IMG/VR virus record: IMGVR_UViG_3300015370_000394
Coordinates: 1 to 32,571 of that record
From: a virus
Taxonomy: Duplodnaviria > Caudoviricetes
Reading direction: 5' to 3' (one strand)
DNA length: 32,571 nucleotides
The notes beneath the pieces are model-generated. The model made no database searches. It was given only the letters and a program-made list of their open reading frames with translations, and was not told the DNA's origin. Below, piece after piece: positions 8,674 through 18,190 of this stretch (position 1 is its first letter; every line of letters begins with the position of its first letter). A program made the position numbers and the translations under genes.

Positions 8674-10782
8674 CTACTCGCCGGGTCCTCCCGTAGTGGG
8701 GTTGCCGCCGAACTGTTCGGCCACCCATTGGTCAAGACCGGGTGGGATCTCTTGGCCCGACACCTCGAAAGCCTTACGCAGATTCTCAGTTGCCTCCCCT
8801 TGTGGTGGATTCACAAGCAGGGCCCTGTCTTGGAGCTCTCCCTTCTCGTTCTTCCCCGCTGGGAGCGGGATTCCGGGTCTTATCCCGTAGTATTTGACGA
8901 GATCCTGTTTCATCATCACATGCAGCTGTTCCAACGCCTCCAACTTTGCGAGGGTGAGGGTGTTCATCTCTGTTGGTGCCCTGGCGTCACCTATTGCCTT
9001 GGTAATCCGGTCCTCGTCGGCTGCCGTAAGCACACCCATCTTGTGCGCTACGCTTTTGAACTCAGACAGCGAGTCTGCCATTGACTCCACTTTGGCTCTA
9101 CCCTCGGAGTAGGGAATCCACGTCGAGCCGCCCTTTCTGATCTGGTTCTGGAGCTCTCGGTTGAGTTGGATGGTGGTATTCGCTTGCGCCAGTATCCCAG
9201 CAACCCGTGTTCGCGACTCGCCCGGGGTGTTCAAATACCCGCCAAACTCCTTCATGTACGAGTTAGCCATCGAAGACGGAATGATGACCTGCGACATTAC
9301 TTGGTTCATTGGAGGGTTACTGGATTGCGCCTTTGCTTTGGCGGCCATGGCGGCTGCCCTGGCAGCGTCCTGCGCGGCAATCGCACCCATCTCGTTCTTG
9401 GCGGCTTGACCCAACAACATGAACTCGGTTTGCTTGTAGGCCATGTCGATCTGCTTATCGAAGTCGTCGATGTTGGCCAGCGCTCTAGCCCCCTTGGTAT
9501 GGGCTCTGACCTGGGCCATTTGCGTCTTGTACTGGTCCAGGTAGGCCAGCTTGAGCGCTAGATAACTCTCCTCGTTGCTCTTGTACTCAGTCTGGTAGGC
9601 GGCCAAGTCGTTGCGGCTCTTTTTGCCTTGCTCCCTCATCGAGTCGAACTCTATCTTCTGGGCTTCGATGTGGTCGTCAATCTGGCCCTCGATGATCTTC
9701 AGGGCGGTGTTTCCTCGGCCCGTCATGATAGCGGCGAACTCGCCCATCGCGATGAGTAGGCCATGCGCCACTCTCTGACCCACCGGTCGCTTGTCCTCGA
9801 TGCGGTAGTCCCTCACTCGAGCGTCGGCAGCGTCCTTCTTCTCCCGGAGCCCCGCCATGGCGTTGGCGTGCGCCTTGACCCGCAGCGCCTGGGCCTTGGC
9901 TTCCCTGTTCTGGGTGTCCTCCATGGAGTCGGCGACCTCGGCGACCTTCGCTTCCTCTATGACAGAGATCGCTTCTTGGGCGCCCTGGGCTCGAAGCCCT
10001 TGCGCCAAGATGTTGGTTTGGCCGCGCATCACGGCGGTGTCGTACAAGTCATCGCTCTTCTTCTTGTCCGTCTGGTAGCGAGCGATCAAATCCTGGATCG
10101 GCTTCTTCTTCTTGTTGGTCGCCGTATCCACCTCGGCGTCGATGGCGTCGATGGCCTTGTTGAAATCATCCGGGCTCATCTCCCCGTCGATAACCTTGAT
10201 CCGCAGCGGCTCCTTCCGCGCTTCCTTTACCTTCTCGGACTCTTTGTCCCAGGCAGCAAACGACTCCCTAGCCCGGCTCATAAACGGCTCGGCTTTCTTG
10301 GGGTCGTAGTACCGCCCCTGCTCGGCTGCCCGCCCGTACTCGCCCTGGAGGTGTTGGGGGAGCACGCCACGGCGACGGATAGAGCCAGCGCCAGCTCCGC
10401 CTTGGGGTTGAGCCGGAGGCCCCATCCTCTGGATAGCCGTACCACCTGTCGCTCCGCCGACTCTGGGGAGCTCGCGTCGCTGCTTGGCAATCATGGCCTC
10501 GTGGGCCGCCTCGGGCTGTGGCACGTCGATCACGTCAGAAAGAAGCTCCCCGTAGGCGGAGCGAAGTGGCACCAGCTTGGACGGCTGGGGTCCGAAGGTC
10601 GCCGCAATGGGATTCACTCCCGACTTGTACCCCGGAGTGACAAGGGAGCCAGGAGGCATGGCGGAAACCCGTCGTGCTTCTGCGTCGCGAGCCGCCTGGG
10701 CGTTCTCCCGGTCGATGTAGGTCTGAGAAGCTCGGAGGCGCGTCTCCTTCATCTCGTCGATCAGTGGCGATTTGTCGGGCAT
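8674..10782 (-). CDS. internal virion (ejection) protein, coiled-coil
   Basis: 702 aa, helical, one hydrophobic segment (GLLIAMGEFAAIMTG); AGGAG RBS. Confidence 0.6.
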   Translation of the reverse strand: MPDKSPLIDEMKETRLRASQTYIDRENAQAARDAEARRVSAMPPGSLVTPGYKSGVNPIAATFGPQPSKLVPLRSAYGELLSDVIDVPQPEAAHEAMIAKQRRELPRVGGATGGTAIQRMGPPAQPQGGAGAGSIRRRGVLPQHLQGEYGRAAEQGRYYDPKKAEPFMSRARESFAAWDKESEKVKEARKEPLRIKVIDGEMSPDDFNKAIDAIDAEVDTATNKKKKPIQDLIARYQTDKKKSDDLYDTAVMRGQTNILAQGLRAQGAQEAISVIEEAKVAEVADSMEDTQNREAKAQALRVKAHANAMAGLREKKDAADARVRDYRIEDKRPVGQRVAHGLLIAMGEFAAIMTGRGNTALKIIEGQIDDHIEAQKIEFDSMREQGKKSRNDLAAYQTEYKSNEESYLALKLAYLDQYKTQMAQVRAHTKGARALANIDDFDKQIDMAYKQTEFMLLGQAAKNEMGAIAAQDAARAAAMAAKAKAQSSNPPMNQVMSQVIIPSSMANSYMKEFGGYLNTPGESRTRVAGILAQANTTIQLNRELQNQIRKGGSTWIPYSEGRAKVESMADSLSEFKSVAHKMGVLTAADEDRITKAIGDARAPTEMNTLTLAKLEALEQLHVMMKQDLVKYYGIRPGIPLPAGKNEKGELQDRALLVNPPQGEATENLRKAFEVSGQEIPPGLDQWVAEQFGGNPTTGGPGE

Positions 10783-10785
10783 GAC

Positions 10786-11829
10786 CTATCTCCTGTTGAA
10801 CCGCTCCCACTCCAGGTCCCGTTCTACCTGTTCGCCCATACTGGCCACCGGCCCCGCCATGGTGTCGACGGCGCGCAAGGGTACCCGCGTGTCCGCATAG
10901 ACCCTGCGGCTCACTGGGAGGCCGTACACGTCGGTGGCACCACGGTACGCCGTCTCTTCTAGCACTCGATTGGCCCGCTCGGCGTCGGACTGCCACGCTT
11001 CGTAGCGCGGGTCGGGCATCGGCATAACCCCACCGCTGTGCCCCGGACCCAGCTGCCAGGCCGTTCTGTCGTCCATGCCCCTTGGGGTCAAATTGACTGC
11101 CTCGAGCGGGTCGACCACCGCCGGTGGGCCCCCGTAGAGGGAGCGTCGCGCCGCTTGCTGCCTCATCGTCTCGCCCGCCGCTGGGTCCACTCGGGTTCCC
11201 TTTCCGGTTGAGTGAGGTCTAAGGTCAGAGTCGTTGATTGGGGTCCAGTCCTCGCGATGCTCCGCAGCCGGCGCGGCCAGCTCTTCGGCCAGCATCTCGT
11301 TCAAGTCGGCCCTGGAGGCGCGGAGACGCTCCTCGCCCTGGAGTGCCTTCGTGAGCTTTGGTTCTCGGTATCCGGCGGTGACGGTCTGGTCCGGCCCAGC
11401 GAACGGGCTAGTCTCTCGGATGTAGTCGTGGGTCCTGCGCGCTGGCATGTCGGCGGTCCCGTACATCCCGCGCAGAGCCCGGACCGATTCCTTTCTCGGC
11501 ATCGCGATGTCCTCCATAGCCTCGTTGATGGTTGGGCGATTGCGGAGGTAGCGGGCTACTGGATCGGCCTTCGTGGACGCTGCGGCGGCCAGCGCACGAT
11601 CCAGCCCCAGGTTCTCCTCATTATAACTCACTGGACCATAGGCGCTCGCCCTCGACCTCCCGGGGACGCCGGGCCCCTGGAGCATCTCCCTGTTGTAGAG
11701 GTCCGTCAGGGCCTCGCTCGGGCCCATCTGGTCCTGGTAGTACTTCGTGAGCGCAGCGCTGTCGCCGGCCCACTCAGCCGCCTCCATGGCCGGTCCGAAG
11801 TTGGCGCGCAGTGTTTCGGGGTAGGTCAC
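10786..11829 (-). CDS. putative internal virion protein
   Basis: 347-aa ORF with GTGA coupling, inside the ejection cluster. Confidence 0.55.
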   Translation of the reverse strand: MTYPETLRANFGPAMEAAEWAGDSAALTKYYQDQMGPSEALTDLYNREMLQGPGVPGRSRASAYGPVSYNEENLGLDRALAAAASTKADPVARYLRNRPTINEAMEDIAMPRKESVRALRGMYGTADMPARRTHDYIRETSPFAGPDQTVTAGYREPKLTKALQGEERLRASRADLNEMLAEELAAPAAEHREDWTPINDSDLRPHSTGKGTRVDPAAGETMRQQAARRSLYGGPPAVVDPLEAVNLTPRGMDDRTAWQLGPGHSGGVMPMPDPRYEAWQSDAERANRVLEETAYRGATDVYGLPVSRRVYADTRVPLRAVDTMAGPVASMGEQVERDLEWERFNRR

Positions 11830-12389
11830 GTTCCACCCGTTATGCCGCCGCCAAAGATCCCACCTATCATCCCGACCGCCGCCGCTGCGTCTCTCTGGTC
11901 CTTGCCGGCTTCTTCCGCTTCTCTCTTTTTGTTGTAGGCTTCCTGCTCGGCCCAGGCGCCGTACTGGTCAGCAGCGAACTGCTGCCCCCACATGCCGTAT
12001 TCACCGCGCCGGCCGTACATTTGAGCCATCTGCTCGCGCATCGCCTGGTCTTCCATCTGCTTCTGGAGAGCGCCCTCGGTGGATGCCTGCTGGGCCACCT
12101 GCCCCGACCCGTAGGCCGCTGCGCGAAGCATAGACGGTCCACCTCCAGAGGCTCCCGCGCCTGCGATATCACGCTGGGTGAGCGCCGTCTGCTGGGCGAG
12201 TTGTGCTTCGGACGCGGCGCGGTTGCGTTGCCACAGTTCGCGGGCTCGTGCTTCCTCAGCAGAGCTGGCCGCTGCCAGGCGCTGGTCGTACTCCTGCGCA
12301 GGACGGTCGTATCCCTCTGTACCAGCGTCGGCCCATTGGCGCCAGTATCCGCTTTTGTTTTCCGTGTTTGCTGCCGATAACCCAGCCAT
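11826..12389 (-). CDS. small ejection/pilot protein (P22 gp7-like composition)
   Basis: Q/A/G-rich with C-terminal 'AAAAVGMIGGIFGGG'. Confidence 0.6.
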   Translation of the reverse strand: MAGLSAANTENKSGYWRQWADAGTEGYDRPAQEYDQRLAAASSAEEARARELWQRNRAASEAQLAQQTALTQRDIAGAGASGGGPSMLRAAAYGSGQVAQQASTEGALQKQMEDQAMREQMAQMYGRRGEYGMWGQQFAADQYGAWAEQEAYNKKREAEEAGKDQRDAAAAVGMIGGIFGGGITGGT

Positions 12390-12451
12390 CTTGTCACCTA
12401 CGTGTATTTGCCCTTGCCGTACCCGCCGCCGTGCTCATCATAACCGCCGTT

Positions 12452-13069
12452 CTAGCTGCCCTGTGGCGGGTGCCCCGGTCCTTCGCCGGCGCTGGCAAGA
12501 CCCGCTGAACCGGCTCCCAAGATTGCCCCTCCCAACTGCCACGCGGCGGCTTCCTCGGCGGCTACCTTGGCTCGGTGGGCAGCGTCAGCATCCCTCATCA
12601 ATTGCTGGTCAATGTTGAACCGCTGTTGCCAGGCCCCGGCGTTGGCTTGATCGTAGCGGGCTCGGTCCGACTGGGCACTCATGTACGCCTCCGACGCCGC
12701 AAGGCGCTCCGAGGACCCTATCCGCGAGCCTTCTTGCCCCGCCCCCCAGCTGGCCTGCCCCGCCCCCATAAGAGCCTGCCGGGCCTCTAGGCCCCCGCCT
12801 CCGAGGCCGCCGAGCGTTTGTTGCAGCCCCTGGCCCCTCATCTGCGCCGCCTGCAAGGTGCCCTGCTGGCCAGCGGCCTGATACATTTCCTCGGCTTGCC
12901 TGAGTTGAGCGGCGTGGACAGCGTCGAACTGCTCACCATAGCGGTCCCCGCCCATGCCCCACTTGTCGCGGTAGCGGTCCTCCCACCCCTCGGCTCTGCC
13001 AGCGTGCTCGCGCACGAACGGGTCGGTGGGCTCACCCGCTGCGTTGGCTGCGTATGGGTCGTAGGTCAT
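12452..13069 (-). CDS. small ejection/pilot protein
   Basis: Q/A/G-rich with C-terminal 'LGGAILGAGSAGLA'; may extend to 12398 past an amber codon. Confidence 0.6.
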   Translation of the reverse strand: MTYDPYAANAAGEPTDPFVREHAGRAEGWEDRYRDKWGMGGDRYGEQFDAVHAAQLRQAEEMYQAAGQQGTLQAAQMRGQGLQQTLGGLGGGGLEARQALMGAGQASWGAGQEGSRIGSSERLAASEAYMSAQSDRARYDQANAGAWQQRFNIDQQLMRDADAAHRAKVAAEEAAAWQLGGAILGAGSAGLASAGEGPGHPPQGS

Positions 13070-13078
13070 GGTCCAATC

Positions 13079-16000
13079 CTAGAGCTTGGTCTGCTGTCCA
13101 TCTTGCGGGAGTTGGCCCGTCAAAGCTACTTCGACGGCGAGGGCATGGATCTCGAACCCGGCCCCGGTTGTGGGGGTCCCGTCCGCGCTGTCGAAGATAC
13201 GGAACCGGAACGACTGCATTTGCTGGGTGGGCGGTCGCCAGATGATTTGCTCTAGCGCCGCCGGCTCCCTCTGCAACTGGATCTCAGCGTCGGTCTTGTA
13301 GCCAAGGGAGACGGCGGTGCTGGATCCGTTGTAGTAGATGGCCACATTCAGCTGGTGAGCGTCCTTGCGCTCTCCGAGGGCCGCGAGCCGGGCGACGTGC
13401 ATCCACTGCAAGACCGAGCCTTGGATCTCGCCAGTCTCCACCATCATCTGCACCCATCGGTTGGAGTCGTCGTAGTGGGTGGTGGTGTCCTCGTAACGGA
13501 CGGTCCCGGTGTGGTCGAGGATGTAGTAGGTTCCGTTGGCCAGCATGCCACCAACGGGCGCCATAGTGTCCCCCCGGCTGCTCTGGATCTTCCACTCGTA
13601 CCACTGGCCCATGCGGTAGTCGTACACGAGGATTCGGCCATCTGTTTTGGCGGCATTGGTGACGGTGAAGCGCACCTGGCGCTCGCCCGATACCAGCACG
13701 GCGCTAGTCACCACCGGGTAGGCGTCGATGAGCTTGCGCACCGGCTCCCCGAGGGGAGCAACGGCATAGTCCCGCCCGAGCATGTAGATCCCGCCCCGAG
13801 ATTGGTAGAACACTCCATTGGGACCCGCAACAACGCTCCTGGGTTCGATGCACCCCCCATCGGAGGGGATCTCCGTCAGGAGGCTCATATCGTCGCCCAG
13901 TCCTCTGCTGTCGGGGCCAACACCGCTCAGTAGATAGATGGACGATCGGCTGAACACCACGGTGGCGGAATCGAGCGCCGCCGCGGCCACCAACGGAGAG
14001 CCGTCGACACTCAGCCGCCCGAGGGCCTCATACAGCTCCGGCGCCAGCATCACCTCTCCAGGGGTGCCGGGCGCCAACTCCTTGCTGAATTGCAACCGGT
14101 CGCCGCGATAGAAGTCGAGAAGATACAGGCGGCCTCGGATGACTACCGGATACCGGGCTCCTTCGGGGGCCACGGCCTCGAGCACGCCCCCGGTGGTGTA
14201 GAGCGGAATGTATAAGTCTACGTCATTGTATTGATCTGTCAGCGTCCAAGTGTTCTGGGCGTCGATGGTGCCATCGAGCAATACTCCGACGCGGTTCACC
14301 CGTCTATAAATGGCGTCTAGCCCAGAGCGGTAGATGCGGGCGTCCGGCTTGGCCCGTCGCGTCGCTGGCAGCGTGTAACAGCTAGTCAACACATTGTTAG
14401 GAGCGGCTAGCACTAGCTGTCTCGGAGGGCTAGGCATCCCACGGTGGAGCAGCTCGCCGCGCTGATCGACCCACGCCCCAGCATACTGGTAGGTGCCCGC
14501 TATCGGGACTGTCCCCGCGCCAGCGGCAGCCAGCGTGCATATCATTGGTGGGCAGGCAAAGCCCATTTCGGTGGTTGATATGCCGTCGTATAGCGACACG
14601 TAGCCGCCCCCGATGACGGCCATCGAGCGGCCGAGCTTGCAGCTCAGCGGGACAGCATCGAAGTCCAGGATGATCTCATCGTAAGATATCCGGTGCGTGA
14701 TAGCCGTAATCCACGTGTCCGAGGTGGCCTTGATGAGCTCGGCGAGGAGCGGATTGAGAAAGCGATGCTTCGTAGTGCCCTCGAGCCAGACGTGGTTTGC
14801 CGAGCCCTGGAGGCACTGATTCGCACTGCCGATAGCGGCGCCGACGCCCCACATGCCGGCTATTCTGATCTGCCGGTTGGCCCCGGTAGCAATCTCGTGG
14901 TCGACCAGCATATGCGTCTCGAAGCCGCTCGCCGCGATCATGTTCGGGTGTACCGTCTGGATGGCCGAGTAGCACCGCGTGCGATACCACCAGGGACGCG
15001 TGAGGGGGGCCGAGTTGTAGCACGTGGCGAGGTTGCCGAGCGCTCCAAGGGCGTTGTCGGTGTGGTTGCTTTCGGTAGCCCGCACGACTGGTACCACCGA
15101 AACATCGAGGTAGAGCCACGACACTGCGATGCTCTCGTCGGCGTTGTGGTCGATGCCGCTGGCGCATCCCAGGTTCTGGCCACGGGCATTGGCGCCCAGC
15201 GCTCGGATGTTGTGAGGGCCTGCCACCGGCCCGAGCGTGCCCGGGTCACGCTTATAGGCTTGAATGATGTAGTTCGGCGAGATGAACGCCTCGACGGCGA
15301 CGTACAACTTGCGCAGGTTGGGGTCTGCCTCGGCTGCGGTGCACTGCTGACACAGGGCCACGCGGTAGAACTGCCCGACGATAGCGCTGGTGGCCAGGAG
15401 TGCGTGGTCCGAGCCGTAACGGCGCAGCTGGACGTCATTGGCGGCGTCAATCCACGCCACGACGTAAGTGCCGTTGGCCATGCCGAGCACGTCCCACACG
15501 CGGCCGTCGTTGCTAGCCCCGGGCACGTCACCGGCGGCGATGACGTCGAGCACCACCGGGGCGGTCGTCGGGGCCGCACCGTTATACGTAGCGCGGTTGA
15601 GGGAGTGAAGACCGACGGCACTACCGGTCGCGTAGATGATGACCACGCCAGCGCCAGTCGTAGCGCACGACGGTCCCCATGGGATTGTGGTCGTCGCCGT
15701 GCCCGCGAGCTCCACCGGTTGCCCAATGGTCGGCCCGTCAACCAGCGACAGGCGGCACTCGATGCTCGCCCAGGTACCGCCCGATTCACGGCGCTCCTGG
15801 CGGCAGCAGGCGTACACGACTACATCATCAAAGCAGGCCTCGTCGGCCAGCGCATAGTCTGCGGTCGAGCGGTACAGTTCCGTCTGCTTGCCCACGTACG
15901 GCGACACGTGGCCGCGGTAGTACCAGCCACCCATGTCGGGCATCCACGAATAGAGCGAGCGGTGACCGATGGCGAGCAGTTCGCGCTGGGTGGCGCCAAG

Positions 16001-16228
16001 GGCTCGCAGAGGGCCATCGTCGCCGATGGCCCCACCGTTCACAAGGCCAGTGGGGAGCGGCGTAAACCCGTAGCGCTTGCCCAGGGTACCGATCTCGGGG
16101 GAGCGCACATTGAGGGCCACCTCGAGCCGCTCGGGAGGGCGCATCCGGGGATCGGCGTCAGTACCGAGCCCACCAGCCAGCGGCACTACGATGTGTTGCC
16201 ACTCCAACGGCTGCGTCGGCTTGGGCAT
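13079..16228 (-). CDS. tail nozzle / DNA-stabilisation protein (T7 gp12 / P22 gp10-like)
   Basis: 1049 aa; N-terminal 'GGL..D..P......ALNVR.....LGKRYG', propeller-like 'GGCIEPRSVV...GVFYQSRGGIY', 'LVYDY..GQW', C-terminal 'SFRFRI'; follows the adaptor. Confidence 0.75.
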   Translation of the reverse strand: MPKPTQPLEWQHIVVPLAGGLGTDADPRMRPPERLEVALNVRSPEIGTLGKRYGFTPLPTGLVNGGAIGDDGPLRALGATQRELLAIGHRSLYSWMPDMGGWYYRGHVSPYVGKQTELYRSTADYALADEACFDDVVVYACCRQERRESGGTWASIECRLSLVDGPTIGQPVELAGTATTTIPWGPSCATTGAGVVIIYATGSAVGLHSLNRATYNGAAPTTAPVVLDVIAAGDVPGASNDGRVWDVLGMANGTYVVAWIDAANDVQLRRYGSDHALLATSAIVGQFYRVALCQQCTAAEADPNLRKLYVAVEAFISPNYIIQAYKRDPGTLGPVAGPHNIRALGANARGQNLGCASGIDHNADESIAVSWLYLDVSVVPVVRATESNHTDNALGALGNLATCYNSAPLTRPWWYRTRCYSAIQTVHPNMIAASGFETHMLVDHEIATGANRQIRIAGMWGVGAAIGSANQCLQGSANHVWLEGTTKHRFLNPLLAELIKATSDTWITAITHRISYDEIILDFDAVPLSCKLGRSMAVIGGGYVSLYDGISTTEMGFACPPMICTLAAAGAGTVPIAGTYQYAGAWVDQRGELLHRGMPSPPRQLVLAAPNNVLTSCYTLPATRRAKPDARIYRSGLDAIYRRVNRVGVLLDGTIDAQNTWTLTDQYNDVDLYIPLYTTGGVLEAVAPEGARYPVVIRGRLYLLDFYRGDRLQFSKELAPGTPGEVMLAPELYEALGRLSVDGSPLVAAAALDSATVVFSRSSIYLLSGVGPDSRGLGDDMSLLTEIPSDGGCIEPRSVVAGPNGVFYQSRGGIYMLGRDYAVAPLGEPVRKLIDAYPVVTSAVLVSGERQVRFTVTNAAKTDGRILVYDYRMGQWYEWKIQSSRGDTMAPVGGMLANGTYYILDHTGTVRYEDTTTHYDDSNRWVQMMVETGEIQGSVLQWMHVARLAALGERKDAHQLNVAIYYNGSSTAVSLGYKTDAEIQLQREPAALEQIIWRPPTQQMQSFRFRIFDSADGTPTTGAGFEIHALAVEVALTGQLPQDGQQTKL

Positions 16229-16229
16229 C

Positions 16230-16580
16230 TCACGCCACCTCTGCCCGAATCGTCACCTCTACCGTCGCGTCGTTGTGCAGCGTGATGGTCTCGCTGGTCG
16301 ATGCCGTGCGCCGCACGCTACCGTTCACCACTCCACCAGAGGCCCAGACGCAGTAGGAGAACGACACCGGGGCGCGGCCCAGCGTGTGGGGGACCGTCAC
16401 TGGAGAGCTGGCCGCGATGACGATGAGCTCCCCGGCCGCGAGGAAAGCCCTTGCGGCAATCGTGCCCGACCGAGCAGCGTTGTGGATGCTCTCGAGCGCC
16501 GACACGACCCCCTGCACTTTGCGGTCTTCGTGCCGGGGCACTACGGAGCGCCTACCGAGGAGGTTCACGCGTCCCTCCAC
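16230..16580 (-). CDS. small tail protein
   Basis: 'TVPHTLGRAP' motif common in podoviral tail accessory proteins; lies between adaptor and nozzle. Confidence 0.6.
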   Translation of the reverse strand: MEGRVNLLGRRSVVPRHEDRKVQGVVSALESIHNAARSGTIAARAFLAAGELIVIAASSPVTVPHTLGRAPVSFSYCVWASGGVVNGSVRRTASTSETITLHNDATVEVTIRAEVA

Positions 16581-17269
16581 AGCCGGGAGAGATGCCTCAT
16601 CATACCGCCACGGCGGCGCGTGTTGACGATCCGAAGTCCGCGGGTGCCGCGCTTGCCGGCGAGAGAACGGATGCGCCGGTCCTCGAACTGCCAGTCATCC
16701 GCCAGCTGTTTGGTCTCGGTGTGGCCCTTGTAGGCCATCCCGATGGCTGCCTTGATGGCTGCCCATCGCCACCATCCGAAGGGGCACTCGAAGGTGTCCG
16801 CCGGGTTGACCAGCGGAGAATACTCCGGGACGTAGTCCACCAGCAGCGTGTAGCCGGCTCGAGGGCTTGGGAGAAGCTCCAGCATCCGGCCGATCACGCG
16901 GTAGTGGTAGCCGTCGATGTAGGGCACCGACGAGTTGCTGAGCCAATCACGGTCGGCATGGTCCCAGGGCCTGACGTAATGGGACGTGGTGCCATCCGAG
17001 AGTTGCACGCTCACGGTGGCCAGAAGCTTGTCGGGTAGCGGGTAGGAGGTCGTGCCGGTGACGAGCGTGTCCGAATGAGTCTTGACGGGCGTCACTACCC
17101 ACTCGTGACGCTGCAACTCGATCATCAGGTCATGGAACGCCGAAAGCGCCTCGTTGATACCGAGATCATTCTCGTCGGTATCGACGTGGGCGCTTGCCGG
17201 GAGGCTAGTCTCTTGGCCCGCTAGCTGCCGGGTGCGTGCGCGCATCTCGGTCAAGCTCACGAGTGCCAT
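16565..17269 (-). CDS. head-tail adaptor (tail tubular protein A-like)
   Basis: 'L.EMR.R.RQLA', 'INEAL', 'GTTSYPLP', 'LELLPSP...YTL.VDYVP' pattern and gene position. Confidence 0.75.
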   Translation of the reverse strand: MALVSLTEMRARTRQLAGQETSLPASAHVDTDENDLGINEALSAFHDLMIELQRHEWVVTPVKTHSDTLVTGTTSYPLPDKLLATVSVQLSDGTTSHYVRPWDHADRDWLSNSSVPYIDGYHYRVIGRMLELLPSPRAGYTLLVDYVPEYSPLVNPADTFECPFGWWRWAAIKAAIGMAYKGHTETKQLADDWQFEDRRIRSLAGKRGTRGLRIVNTRRRGGMMRHLSRLWRDA

Positions 17270-17324
17270 GGTCTAGCCTTTCCTGGTTTGTGGGTGCCCT
17301 CGCTCTAGGTTCACGAAACCTACC

Positions 17325-17786
17325 TCAGTCGAACGCTATCTCCACCTCGAACTGGGTGTCGTTCCAGACGGCGCCAGCACCGTTGACGGTGATGGCGGCG
17401 TAGATTCGGCTTCCCACGGGGATAGACTGAGCCGTGACGAGCGTCGGGAAGTCGGCTCGCTGAAAGCTCACGGTGGTAACCGCGGTCCCGTCCACAATGG
17501 CCGAGAGCGCCGTAGCGCCAGCTCCTGCGCCGTCGTCGAAGAACAGCCGGGCGCTGAGGCTCGCTGCGGCGGCTGCGACGCCGGTTTCCGGGATGAAGTG
17601 GCCGTCCGTGATCTTGGACAGGTACGGGGTCTTGCCAACGAGAGTGATCTGGACTGCGGCGTTTGTGATGTCCGCATCGACACCGAAGGTGCGGTTTTGG
17701 CAAGCGTAGGCGTGGTCGACGACGCCGGTGCCCTCTTGGCCGACGAACGAGGCAAGACGGGCAACAAGTGCTGCGAAGGTGCTCAT
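17325..17786 (-). CDS. capsid decoration-like protein, paralog B
   Basis: 153 aa, beta-rich; alignable to 18191..18652. Confidence 0.65.
   Translation of the reverse strand: MSTFAALVARLASFVGQEGTGVVDHAYACQNRTFGVDADITNAAVQITLVGKTPYLSKITDGHFIPETGVAAAAASLSARLFFDDGAGAGATALSAIVDGTAVTTVSFQRADFPTLVTAQSIPVGSRIYAAITVNGAGAVWNDTQFEVEIAFD
17360..17395. repeat. 36-bp exact direct repeat, copy 1 (copy 2 at 18226..18261)
   Basis: CGTTCCAGACGGCGCCAGCACCGTTGACGGTGATGG, encoding ITVNGAGAVWN in both paralogs. Confidence 0.9.
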
Positions 17787-17788
17787 GA

Positions 17789-18181
17789 TCAGGCTCCTGG
17801 CGAGGTGATGATGCGGAACGCCACATTCACGGTGGCGGTCGGATCGGCCACCGCGGTGCCGATGTTGTTGACCTCGACCGTGATGCTGTTGGCCGCCGCC
17901 GCGCCGTCCACCACCGCCAGCACCTTGGCGTCCCAGTTTCCAGTGAGCTGGACGTTGGGCGGGCCGAGGGGCACGATACGGTAGAAGCGGGACAGAAACG
18001 TGATGACGTAGGTGCCGGGTCCGGTCCGGGTCACCCCGGTGGCCGAATCGACGAGACCCTCATCCTGCACCACACCGACACACGGGGTGACGGCCGCCGC
18101 GGTGAACGAGACGTTGTAGGGCGCCGAGTTGCGGGCGAAGGAACCCTCTCGGTTGGGAGGGACTCGTTTGTTGATCGCCAT
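17789..18181 (-). CDS. virion accessory / head fibre-like protein
   Basis: GGAGG RBS; 'VTRTGPGTYVITF' beta-sandwich motif. Confidence 0.65.
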   Translation of the reverse strand: MAINKRVPPNREGSFARNSAPYNVSFTAAAVTPCVGVVQDEGLVDSATGVTRTGPGTYVITFLSRFYRIVPLGPPNVQLTGNWDAKVLAVVDGAAAANSITVEVNNIGTAVADPTATVNVAFRIITSPGA

Positions 18182-18190
18182 GGTGACCTC

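Noticed and set aside
17306-17322. Hairpin after the decoration genes as a terminator
   Set aside because: Only a 6-bp AT-rich stem and no U-tract.
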